From Candidatus Bathyarchaeota archaeon (lineage in GTDB: Archaea > Thermoproteota > Bathyarchaeia > Bathyarchaeales > Bathycorpusculaceae): DNA of 64,000 nucleotides. The stretch is taken from positions 1 through 64,000 of the forward strand of contig CAVZKL010000017.1 in NCBI GenBank assembly GCA_963775895.1, written 5' to 3'. Shown one piece after another: positions 42,228 to 52,339 of this stretch. The notes under the pieces were generated by a model. That model worked only from the letters and a program-made list of their open reading frames with translations, made no database searches and was not told the DNA's origin. The translations under genes and the position numbers were made by a program. How positions within the stretch are numbered: position 1 is the first letter of the stretch; every line of letters begins with the position of its first letter.

Positions 42228-43020
42228 TTAGGGCATCAGTCCAGTTCCAACGTCCACCCAGGTCTTCTCGCCAATCTTTTTGTACCCGATTTTCTCGTAA
42301 ACCCTTATGGCAGGGTAATTGTCTGATCTAACAAAAAGAGCAGCCGACTCAGCTTGTCTAAGAGCTTCTTGAGTAACCGCTGACGTGGCAAGAAGTGCGT
42401 AGCCTTTGTTCCTCTTTTCTGGTGCCGTATAGACTCCTCCTATCATCCACACTTGAGGAAGCTGAATGAAGGAGCCCGCGTATGAGACTAGTTGGTCATT
42501 GTCGAAAACGCCGTACAGTGGCATTTTCGTTATCCAGTTTTGATACCTGCGAAGATTTCGTCTTGGGCGATCCTTTCTGTCAAGGAGAAGGTTAGAGAGC
42601 AATTTGGCATCCGATCTTGTTTCAAGCTTTCTCACCTTTTGTGATCTAAACGTGTTAGCTTGGCTTCTCCTTACTAACATCCAGTTTTCAACGTAGCTCT
42701 TGGCATTCGGAAATCTCTCTAATACGGTCTGAACGTTCTTCGGCGGGGTATGCAGAATGAAGCCGTTCTCAGGTGCGTATTCCACGAGTTTTCTTGCAGT
42801 TTCTTCTTCACATTCTAAGATTACACTTGGAACATCTGTTGCCGTATACACTAGGACGTATCCGACAACCTCTTTGTTCTCTAAAGCAACGTGCATCGTG
42901 GTGCGGTCAAACTCGTGCTGAATGTCGTAGAAGGCAAAAACGTGCCTGATTATGTCTGATTTCAGATATTCAACGATGCGTTATACTTGCGCCTTCGTTA
43001 CCTTTCTTACAGTTATCATC
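42228..43020 (-). CDS. GNAT acetyltransferase (frameshift near 42985)
   Basis: IGGVYTAPEKRNKGYA, NYPAIRVYEKIGY. Confidence 0.88.
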
Positions 43021-43055
43021 AATTCATCGGCCGAACGGTGGGTTAGGCTTGTCAG

Positions 43056-44186
43056 TTAACTCTTTGCTTTTTTGATTTCGGCGATCAAGTTGTCGATTTC
43101 TTCCTCGGTGTTGTAGAAATGGGGAGAAACCCTTATGCCGTTAGCTCTGGCTGACACGATTATGCCTTTTCTGTTCAATTTCTCAGTCAGCTTCTGTGGA
43201 GCCTTGATCTTGAAATTCACTATCCCTGAGCGGCATTGCTTGTCCTCTGGTGTCTGAAGTTCAAGTCCGAGAGACTTGATGCGATCTATTAGATGGTCTG
43301 TAAGCTTCATGATTCTGTGCTTCACGTTCTCGATTCCGTAGCTGAGGAGCATTTTCATGGCTTCCTCTGCGCCCACGAAGCTTATCGTCGCTGGGGAGCC
43401 TGTTTCGAAGCGGCTTGCAGTTTTCGAGAGTCTGAGGCTCCATATTTCCCAGAAGTTCTCGGTTGCAAAAACGTCTTGGTCTACGCTCGCCCATCCAACC
43501 ATTGGTGGTTCAAGTTTCTCGATGAGTTCGCCTTTCACGTAGAAATAGGCTGCGCCAGGCGGGCTTAAGAGCCACTTGTAACAAGCGGCTGACAAGAAAT
43601 CCACGTCGTCTCTGACAACGTCGATCGGCATAGTTCCCACGGACTGTATGGCATCTACTATTAGGTACGCTCCGTGCTCGTGGACTATTTCGCTTAGAAT
43701 CTTCAGGTTTTGCCGGAATCCGTTGAAATATGACACGTGACTTACTGTGACGGCGACTGTTTTGTCGTCGACGGCTTTTTCCATTTCGTCCAAAGACACT
43801 CTGCAGCCATCACTTTTGACGTAGTGAACTTTTACTCCGAGGTTCTTGCGGAGCCAAGGGTAAACGACAGAGGGATATTCCATGTCGGTTGTGACCACTT
43901 TTGATCCTTTGGGGCAATGAAGCATGTTTGTTGCTAAGCTCATTCCGGTTGAGGTGTTCTCAACCAGGGCTATCTCTTCGGGCCTGGCTCCGATGAGTTT
44001 GGCGAAGCAGGGTTTTCCGTTGCGGTCACACTCTAGGGAACTGGTTCCGAATTTTGAATACTCATTTACGTACTTACGAACCGCGTCGGCTACGGGTTTT
44101 GGAAGCGGAGATTGGGCGGCATGATTCAGGAAAGTCCTGTGCTTTGTGACGGGAAACTGTTCCCTGAGTTTCTTTATGTCTTCCAT
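43056..44186 (-). CDS. Class V PLP aminotransferase / cysteine desulfurase-like
   Basis: FLNHAA, VDAIQ, YKWLL, RVSPHFYN. Confidence 0.88.
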   Translation of the reverse strand: MEDIKKLREQFPVTKHRTFLNHAAQSPLPKPVADAVRKYVNEYSKFGTSSLECDRNGKPCFAKLIGARPEEIALVENTSTGMSLATNMLHCPKGSKVVTTDMEYPSVVYPWLRKNLGVKVHYVKSDGCRVSLDEMEKAVDDKTVAVTVSHVSYFNGFRQNLKILSEIVHEHGAYLIVDAIQSVGTMPIDVVRDDVDFLSAACYKWLLSPPGAAYFYVKGELIEKLEPPMVGWASVDQDVFATENFWEIWSLRLSKTASRFETGSPATISFVGAEEAMKMLLSYGIENVKHRIMKLTDHLIDRIKSLGLELQTPEDKQCRSGIVNFKIKAPQKLTEKLNRKGIIVSARANGIRVSPHFYNTEEEIDNLIAEIKKAKS

Positions 44187-44266
44187 ACACGGTTCACCGG
44201 ATGTTTTCGATTTGAGTGTAGATTATTCATCGTTGGGCTATTAAAGTGTGGAGCCTGATGTCATTT

Positions 44267-45364
44267 CTAATTGACACCCGAGATCGCAAAGCCATCTAGG
44301 CACGTCCAATGTTTTCTCAATGTTCGTTTGAGCTCATCCACCGTGCTCTCGACAATCCTCCGACAATCAGGAGGCTCATGGGGTGCGGTTCCGGGGTCTT
44401 CCAAGTTGATCTGTTCGAGACCCACCGCTCCTGCCAAAAGCGCGTACCAACATAGGGGCAGGACTTCTGAGTTGTATCCGCTTCCGAGCAAGAAAACGAG
44501 CTTTCCGTCGCACACTCTTTCAGCTGTCTGTCTGATCACCTTTGATAATCTAAAGAAGCCGTTGGCTGTCAATGCCAATTGCCCGAGCGTGTCGGCGTAG
44601 TGCGAGTCGCTCCCGCCGTTGGCGATGATGATTTCTGGCGCGAACTCTTCGGCCAGCGGCACGAAAATCTCGTTCAGAGCATACAGGTAGGTTGAGTCTC
44701 CTGTGTGTGGCGGTAATGGAACGTTTACGTTGTAGCCTGTTCCCTTTCCTTCTCCGATCTGAGAGGCAAACCCTGTGCCAGGGTACAGCGTCTTGGGATC
44801 TTGGTGCAGACTGATGTACAGAACTGTTGGATCCCGATAGTAAATGTCGCTCGTGCCGTTTCCGAAATGAACGTCGTAATCGAGAATCAGAAATCGTTCA
44901 ATTTTGAATTTGGCTCTCAAGTACTCTGTAAGCACGGCGACATCGTTGAAGAGGCAGAACCCTCCGCCGTAATCTCTTCCTGCATGATGATAGCCTCCGC
45001 CAACGGAGACGGCTCTGCTTACGTCGTTGTTCATGACTGCTTTCCCGCATTCCATCGCGCTTCCGCAGATGTAGAGTGCGGCCTCGAGGATTTCAGGTGT
45101 GACCGGCGTTTCGATGTCGTAGGGTCTGTGCTGCTTTGCGAGGTTGTAAATCAAATTCACGTATTTCTCGTCGTGCACTCTGAGCAGATCGTTCTTGGAC
45201 GCGGGTTGTGGCTGAAGCAGCCTGATCTGCGGGTTGGACAGCAGTCCTTGTTGTTGAAAGTATTTCATTGCGTCTGAAAAACGGTCGCCTCTGAACGGAT
45301 GGCCTTTCCCAAGATCATAGCCTTTGAATTTTTCGTGGAAGCTTACGCCTGTTACGTCGATCAA
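44267..45364 (-). CDS. Histone deacetylase family protein (AcuC-like)
   Basis: GHP, GGYHHA, GFC.FND, DYDVHFGNG, YPGTG. Confidence 0.92.
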   Translation of the reverse strand: MIDVTGVSFHEKFKGYDLGKGHPFRGDRFSDAMKYFQQQGLLSNPQIRLLQPQPASKNDLLRVHDEKYVNLIYNLAKQHRPYDIETPVTPEILEAALYICGSAMECGKAVMNNDVSRAVSVGGGYHHAGRDYGGGFCLFNDVAVLTEYLRAKFKIERFLILDYDVHFGNGTSDIYYRDPTVLYISLHQDPKTLYPGTGFASQIGEGKGTGYNVNVPLPPHTGDSTYLYALNEIFVPLAEEFAPEIIIANGGSDSHYADTLGQLALTANGFFRLSKVIRQTAERVCDGKLVFLLGSGYNSEVLPLCWYALLAGAVGLEQINLEDPGTAPHEPPDCRRIVESTVDELKRTLRKHWTCLDGFAISGVN

Positions 45365-45459
45365 TTTGCGGTTCGCCAGAATTCAGGAAGTGCAGGCGGA
45401 TATAAAATGGTGTCTCGTGACGAAGTGTGAAAGAAGAAAAAAGGTGAGTGGTGGAAGAG

Positions 45460-46054
45460 TTAGGTTTCTTGTTTCTCTTCAACCTTGTTTTCGGTTTCTG
45501 TTGGAGTGGCTTCTGCGACTGTTACGGCTTGGACCACTGTTTCTTCTGAACTTTTTTCCTCTGCAGTCTCGGTTTCGTTTAGGAATTTGACTTCTGGCTC
45601 ATTGCTTCTGATTTGTGTCAGGTTGTGGTTCACTGTTTTCGTCCATCGTGAAGTCGCCTACGGCAAGCTGGTCTGCTGCTTCTTTGACCTGGTTCAGTTC
45701 TTGTTTTGCGTTTTCAAGTCCGACGGAGAGAAGGTTGCTGTCTCTTTGGTACGTTTCATCGTCTATTTCTTCCGTGACGTGTCGAATCTCGAAGTTCGCG
45801 ACAAGGATCTCTAAGGTTTTGATCTGGCCTTCAAGTTCGAAGACTTTGGCGGCCATCTTTTCAAGAAGGGCTTTCTGCTGCTTCTCGATGTCTGCGATGC
45901 CGTCCTCTATTTCTTTCTTGAACATGTCGTGCGTGGACTGCGAGATTCTGCCGGTGTTCAGTAAATTGTCCAAGGCTTGTTTCTTTTTCCTCGCCACTTC
46001 GAATTCTTCGCTTAATCTTCTAAAAGAGTGTTTCCAAGAGATCAATTTGTACAC
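45460..46054 (-). CDS. CdvA-like coiled-coil protein with acidic tail (frameshift near 45600)
   Basis: KKKQALDNLLNTGRIS, FEIRHVTEEID parallel CdvA RKDQALKEL, LEIEHEIGKID. Confidence 0.75.
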
Positions 46055-46090
46055 CGCGCATCTCTGTTCCTTAGAACTGGCAAATAACCT

Positions 46091-46101
46091 TTGTTAACAT
46101 G
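46091..46101 (-). promoter_or_regulatory. CATGTTAACAA putative cdv regulatory box (copy 2)
   Basis: Identical to 15407-15417; 45 nt upstream of TTG 46045. Confidence 0.45.
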
Positions 46102-46282
46102 CAGATATATCTCAGAGTATTTGGTGGGGCTTCTTTTCGCATTTGGGGGAAAGATTGAGGGCCAAAAAAGTTGCGATTCATAGGACCAATCTTCTGCGTG
46201 GAAAGGATGATGCTCAAGAGTCTATAGAAACCCTAAAAAACACCTTCCAAGACTCTCTAGAAACGAAAGATCGGCGTATGAT

Positions 46283-46378
46283 GGGCCCGTAGCTCAGTAA
46301 GGATAGAGCACCGGACTTTTAGGCAACGAGGGTTGCGGAGAAATCCGGGGGTCCCGGGTTCAATTCCCGGCGGGCCCG
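46283..46378 (+). tRNA. tRNA-Lys(UUU) with 21-nt intron at 37/38 (46322-46342)
   Basis: GGGCCCG/CGGGCCC acceptor, CCGGA/TCCGG anticodon stem, GTTCAAT T loop, BHB motif. Confidence 0.85.
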
Positions 46379-46694
46379 CTTCAAATCAGCTCGATTCTTA
46401 TGGTTTTTTGCTGGACGCAGATGCTGAAAACGCTCGAGATGAGACATATTTGGATCCTAATATTCATGATACATTGAAACCGAGGAGGGGAGGGTACACA
46501 ATAAGCTTTTTTCAGCGAATAAGTCAACGAATTTCGTTAATGTCGCCTCATAATTCTGATGAGGAAAACTGATTTTCCGAATGTCCAAGATTCCAACCTC
46601 CCGAAACGGAATGGTCTAAGACTAATAAGAGTTGCCAGACCAAGCATCATCACAGGCGCACGTTGTCAAGATAACTCACGCGCACTTGTATTGT

Positions 46695-47150
46695 TCATGC
46701 TTTGTCAAGAATGTTTCCGTTCAACTCGACCGTTGCAACGTAGCTGATAACTTGACCAATCGTTGCGTTCATGTCCACCGATATTCCAAACGACTGATCT
46801 ACTTCTTGTCCACTGCGAAGATTGACTGGATAGTGGCTCTCCCTTCCGAGTTCGCTTCCGTTGCCAAGAACCTTCACGGTCAATGTCAAGTTACTCACGT
46901 CATTAATCCCTTGATTCGCGACTTTCAAATCGAAATCGTAGATCATCTCATCCGGAGTCTGCCCACCACCTGACTTGATAAACTTTGTTATCTTGACGAA
47001 ATTGGTTCTTGATTGCCAATAATAGATCGATGAATGCGATAGTTATGGATGGCGATGATGATGACAGCAACTGCTGTAAAGTCTTTTTTTGCTGCTTGTC
47101 GCCTTGCTGCTCTGCTTTTGCTCTTCCATTGGACCACAGAATTCTATCAG
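46695..47150 (-). CDS. Membrane-anchored hypothetical protein (frameshifted)
   Basis: Basic N-terminus plus TM, then Ig-like beta domain. Confidence 0.45.
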
Positions 47151-47411
47151 TTCAGACGATGTATTATGGATTTTGGAAGAACGGATCGAGTCCATGAAGT
47201 GGCAGTCCAAACGAAATTGCGGCGCCTCTCAAAGGACCAGCAGGCGCCGAACGTAATGGCTTCAAGTGACGTGGTTTTCGTTGCCGATCAAGGCTTTGCT
47301 TGTTTAGTTTCGCTCTAGAAGATTTTTCCATAAGTATTTATCTATGCAGAAAACTGATAGACCTTAGGAGAGGGAGACAGACAAGTAGGCTTCAGGCAAG
47401 GAGGTGAGCGT

Positions 47412-47654
47412 GTGGAGTTTTCGATAAACGCTAAGCAGGCTGTGGCATTGATATGGACGATTATCGCAATCATAATCGCTCTGATAGTCGTGCTGGCAAT
47501 GGGCAACCCATCCTTTGGAACGGTCGAAGGTGTATTCGTTGAGCCTTGGCAATGGTTGATCGTGCTGTTCTTCGGTTTGGTTCTGATAATTACCGTTCCA
47601 GTCTACCTGGTAATAGTACTTTGGCACATCTCCTCCAGATGGGAGACTACGTAG
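47412..47654 (+). CDS. Small two-TM membrane protein
   Basis: GGAGGTGA RBS, two hydrophobic helices. Confidence 0.65.
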   Translation: MEFSINAKQAVALIWTIIAIIIALIVVLAMGNPSFGTVEGVFVEPWQWLIVLFFGLVLIITVPVYLVIVLWHISSRWETT

Positions 47655-47892
47655 ATCACAGGTAGAACACCCAGTTTTCTTTCTCTGAGGAACAGTACTT
47701 ATCGTGTTTTCTGCCGAGGTGCGAGGGCTAGGCTGCACTCTAAACTCATCCTTGTCTGAAGCGAGCAGAGTCCTCAATCCCGTGGTTGCAAGTTTGTTTT
47801 GGTTCTTTCGGCAGCCGAGCAGATGTGTGATACGAGTCAATCCATCAGAAAGCCAAAAAATCGATTGAAGCTAAACCCGTTGATGAATCGTT

Positions 47893-49562
47893 CTAGATGT
47901 GTGGATGAGCTATGACCGTGTAGGTTGCTCTTGGTCGTCTTCTTCGGCGCGTTCTGCCCAGGGCCATTACGAGGAACAGCAGTATTACCCCTGCCAAGCC
48001 GCCTAAGATTATCACTATGTAAATGATCAACCAGTCCAACGTCGGGAAGAAAGGTGGGTACGGTGAAATCGTCACCGTTCCGTCGACAAAGGTGTTGTCC
48101 GACAAGTGAGTTTCGCCATCGACTTTGTCGGCCACTGCAGCTTATGACGTATTTCAATGGGAACACGCCGCTTGTGTTCCATGCGAACACCATCAGTCTC
48201 TCTGCGGACGGTGCTAAGTTTTGAACGAGTTTTCTGTCGATCAGAACTCGCCCATAATAAGCGTTCACGTAGAAGGTCTCATTGAACATTCCTTCGTTCT
48301 TCACGGTTACGTTGATGGTTACGATTTCTCCGCTTTTACAACTGTGGGCGATGGAACAACATGCGTAACCGCGACATCATGAGCGTTCTGCGGAGGTTTT
48401 CCGGATTTGACTTCAACCAATCCGTCCACGTAAGTGTTGTCAGCAGGTGTTGGATCTCCAGGTAATGGTGCGGAAGCGCTTATCTGGTAGAAGCCAGGGT
48501 TCACTGCGCTCGTGTTCCAATTGAACGCAAGCGTTTTCTGCGATGAAGGCGCAAGTTCGGTGACTTGGCGAGTTTCAATCAACGTTGCGTTGTCGTAGAC
48601 GCTCAGATCGAACATCACCGATTGGTTGCCATCGTTCAGCACCGTGACGCTTATGGTTACTGTCGTGCCGAGTGAGACTTGGCTGCTTGAAGGTACCACG
48701 TTCGTGATCGCGATGTCTCCTCCTGCAGAAACGTTGAACGTCGTGTAGATTGCAGGACTGTAGAGTCTGCCTCCCTGATCAGGCGCTGCCGTGAACGGTT
48801 CAGCAGAAGCGTTAGCCACGCCGCTCTCTGCTAGGATGGGTATTTCTGAATTTGCCTTCACGTTTGTTTTGCCCGGTTGGAACAGCATGTTGTCCATTTC
48901 AACGTGGATGATAGGATAGTCGGAGGAGTCTTTGGCGTCGACATTTATAGTCGCGTTCTTCGCTGTCCTCGCGATGTTTTCCACGGTCAGATTGAAGACT
49001 ATTGGTTCCTGCCTGAGCAAACACGGATTGCGGCTTGAGTCCTGAATTCAAAGTTGCAATTTGGACAATCCTGATTATCCAGCCAACTTGAAAAGGCATC
49101 GTATCAACGGAGACGTTGTCTGCGATTTTTACTGTGGCGAAGGCGACCCATTGGCCAAAGATTTCTGCTTCAGAGTGAGTTCTGTCCAGGCCATGGAATT
49201 CTGAAGGAGAAATCCGCGATCCCAGTGTCACTGGTGTTTGCTGACCCAACTATTGTCAGGTTCTCAGACTTGTTTCTTGGTCCATCCGCCTCGAAAGCGA
49301 CTAACATCTTGCTCAGCGGTCCTCCATTGTAAGTAACGAGCGCGTGAAAAACAGCCAGTTCTTGCGGTTCAAAAGCGTCACAGGAAACGTTCGCTCCCTT
49401 CCCGTCGAAGGGCGTTTTATCCGTGAAAAGATCGATGACTGCGCCCGCTTGAGTCTCGGCTGACACCAGTCGCGTAGTCGGGAAAAGTGAGAATACTAGA
49501 AAAGTCGCGAGAATCAGGCCTAGGAAAACTGTGTATTTCGCCTTCTCCGTTCTCCCCAGCAT
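47893..49562 (-). CDS. CARDB-domain surface protein (multiple frameshifts)
   Basis: Signal peptide, IDLFTDK.PFDGKG, HDVAVT/DIAIT...WNTS...DNT CARDB repeats, TM+RRRRR. Confidence 0.75.
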
Positions 49563-49869
49563 TGGTCTTTTCCTTCTTGAACCAGCGTCTTTACATATGT
49601 TCTTGATGTTTAGACGCTACCGTATGTTATCCAGAGGAGCTTCTCCCTACTCTCATTGAAGCCTTTGGATAGCGCCCTATTTAGACTGCTATGGAACACT
49701 ATTCTAGTACGCCTCAGTCGATGCATTGCCTTCACCTCTTTCTGTTATCATCTTGAGTACAAAAGGCGTACTTCAGATATGTAATATGTCGCAAGAGACA
49801 ATATGTTGCTTCCTTCCACCTGAAATAGTGGTACGTAAAACATAAATCAAGCACAAGAGCTTACAAGGA

Positions 49870-50094
49870 TTGGGAAAAGACTTGAGCTTTGAAGAAATCG
49901 AGGAATTTGCCAATTCTTTGAAAACCTGCCCAAAATGCGGCTCAAACGAAGGGTTTTGGCTCGCAGCAAACCGAGAAAAGAGCTATGCCCAATGCAAGCA
50001 CTGCGGGGCCATATTGGAGTTCTGCGAGGTCATTTCTTATTCGGACAAGCCCAAGCCTCCGCCGAAGAACGCATTTCGAAAGTTGAGATTCTGA
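49870..50094 (+). CDS. Small zinc-ribbon protein
   Basis: CPKCGS...CKHCG. Confidence 0.7.
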   Translation: MGKDLSFEEIEEFANSLKTCPKCGSNEGFWLAANREKSYAQCKHCGAILEFCEVISYSDKPKPPPKNAFRKLRF

Positions 50095-50505
50095 TCTGCA
50101 GGATTTCAAAACTCGTGAATATCAGAAAATGTTTGCTGAAGAGTTAATTGACGATCATCAACTCGGTCTTAGAGTTGATGACCGCCTTCTCCTGTTCTCC
50201 TTCTCAGGTCAAGAACTAACAATTGTCGATCTGTATTAAAATGCTTACTGCCTCTCTGGGCATATGTCAGGTCCCAGCGTATGTTCTTTTCAAGCTCATT
50301 TCAGACTGCGCAATTATACTACTTAAGACATTGTGGTGTAGTTACTGTTGATCAAGAATGTTTGAGGCTTTGATTTACGCGTCGACCCACACTCTGATTG
50401 CACTGTTCTGGACTTTCTTGATCCTGATTTTGGTAGGCGGCATTGTTGGAGCACGCTTTTGCAGAAGAGCAATCTGAAACTAAATACTTTGCAGGTCAAT
50501 TTTCT

Positions 50506-50652
50506 TCAAGCTTCTGTTCGGTAACAGGCTACGAGATGGCCAGGTTTTACAGTCGTCAGTTCGGGTTCGACTCTGCATCTGTCTTCCGTGTAGGGGCATC
50601 TCGGGTTGAAACGGCACCCCTTAGGGATGTCTATTGCGCGCGTGGTACGTCA
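50506..50652 (-). pseudogene. C-terminal fragment of oligopeptide ABC ATPase (OppD/F)
   Basis: [16 protein letters not shown]...C...HLVACY; no upstream ATPase domain. Confidence 0.7.
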
Positions 50653-50829
50653 CAACGATGCGGGCGCTGAGGAGAGGTGTTTATTCGCTGAAAAAAGGCT
50701 TATTGTGTACCTCCCCTCCTCGGTTTCAATGTATCATGAATATTAGGATCCAAATATGCACGTGACTTGTAATGCGGGCATGAATTGGGTTTTCTGTTTT
50801 TCTCTGGTGATCTGATTGGCGCTCGTGTG

Positions 50830-51140
50830 GGCTATTTTAGCATGGGCATCTTGATGCCTTTTTTTGGCTATTCTCTGTGCTTTTTGTAGCCTGCGTCTGC
50901 GTGGCGTACGATTCCTATTCCAGGGTCAGTCGTGAGGACGGTAACTATTCGTTTTTCCATTTTCTTGGTTCCGTCTGCTACGAGGCACATGCCGGCGTGA
51001 ATGCTGTAGCCGATGCCTACGCCTCCTCCGTGATGCACGCTGACCCACGTTGCACCGCTGACGGCGTTTATCAAGGCGTTCAGTATTGGCAGTCTGCGAT
51101 CGCGTCGCTTCCGTCCTTCATTCCTTCAGTTTCGCGTCTG
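50830..51140 (-). pseudogene. hutU: C-terminal fragment of urocanate hydratase
   Basis: [41 protein letters not shown]; only the last ~100 aa. Confidence 0.88.
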
Positions 51141-51185
51141 AACGCTGTAATAAGAGAAAAAATGCGTTCCCATTTGAGGAACACA

Positions 51186-51456
51186 CTATTGAGTCTTTTG
51201 CGGTTGCTGTGTTTTCGGTTTGGGTTTCTGTGCCCTTGCTGCCAGACTATAGATTAGCCATATTATTACGCCGTAGATCACGCCGTTGAACACTGCTTTA
51301 ACAAGTGTCGCTACTGGAATTCCTAACACTTGGGTAATCCGTGCTTGGTACGTTGAGGGCGTCGTAGATCTGTTTGCCAGGTGGCAAGTCAGCGTACGCT
51401 AAAGTTGCCGCTAGGAACAGTATGAAAGCTATGATAAATACTAAAGCGCCTTTCAT
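51186..51456 (-). CDS. Small membrane protein (frameshifted)
   Basis: MKGALVFIIAFILF..., second TM in another frame. Confidence 0.5.
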
Positions 51457-51632
51457 GTCGATCAGCCTTTGTTTATTCGTTATAGTGTTCTTTAAGAACT
51501 GATTTTCGGTTAAAAGCCTTGTTCTTCCTGCACGTGCTTTCAACAATCGCTTTCCATCTGAATCGAATTGCGGATGGAGAGTGACTAAAGCTAATATATT
51601 CGTTTTCAGTCTTCTGTTTTCTGATTTGGCAA

Positions 51633-51794
51633 CGGGCGGTAGCTCAGCCTGGCAGAGCTTCCGAGTCAGCTCAGAATCGATGTTTGGCTGACGGAGACGC
51701 TGTAGATGCCTACCCACGGTGGGTGTCGCCCAGCCTACCAGGCTAACACGCAGAAACCGGATTGTCGCAGGTTCAAATCCTGCCCGCCCGACCA
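51633..51794 (+). tRNA. tRNA-Tyr(GUA) with two introns (30/31: 51664-51698; 37/38: 51706-51755), CCA encoded
   Basis: C1:G72, A73; spliced arm TCCGG-CTGTAGA-CCGGA; BHB-like motifs at both junctions. Confidence 0.9.
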
Positions 51795-51907
51795 AAGCTT
51801 TCGATCTCTTTGAATGGAGCTTATCACATAGGTTTGCTCTTTAGTAAAATCTGTCTGTCAGCTTATGCGATACAGTGATCTTGGCTGCTTGAAAACACGA
51901 AAAGATG

Positions 51908-52339
51908 CTACGCTTTCGATTTCGCGATCGTGACTGTGCCCTTGTCTGCGTCTACTTTGACGAAATCGCCGTTGTGGATTATCCTAAATGGATCTTTGTC
52001 CAGTTTGTCTACCAAAGGGATTTTCGCTATGAAAGCGCTCACTACGAGCACTGTTTCCACGTCTTTAACTATCATAGCCCTCGGAGCCAAACCGTGCTGT
52101 ATGAGCTTGAAGAGGCCGTCTATTTGGACGACCGAGCTTGCTTTTCCAGATGGGAATACCAAGACTTTGTTCGCGATGTTCTTGCCAGCAAGCTCATGGT
52201 TTTTTTCCCTCACAACTCCAGTCTTTGGGTCGGTGAGGTAGAAGCAGATGGGCTCGTGCGAAATGAGCGCCTCTCCTTCACCGTAGCCTCCTATGATTCT
52301 GTGACACTTCACCGTGGTTTCCATGTTGTTTATCTCCAC
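51908..52339 (-). CDS. Aconitase X small (swivel) subunit, DUF126
   Basis: GEALIS, DPKTG, VLVFPSGKASS, IPLVD. Confidence 0.88.
   Translation of the reverse strand: MEINNMETTVKCHRIIGGYGEGEALISHEPICFYLTDPKTGVVREKNHELAGKNIANKVLVFPSGKASSVVQIDGLFKLIQHGLAPRAMIVKDVETVLVVSAFIAKIPLVDKLDKDPFRIIHNGDFVKVDADKGTVTIAKSKA

Noticed and set aside
51298-51795. 165-aa ORF
   Set aside because: The 5' half is antisense to tRNA-Tyr; the real gene starts near 51456
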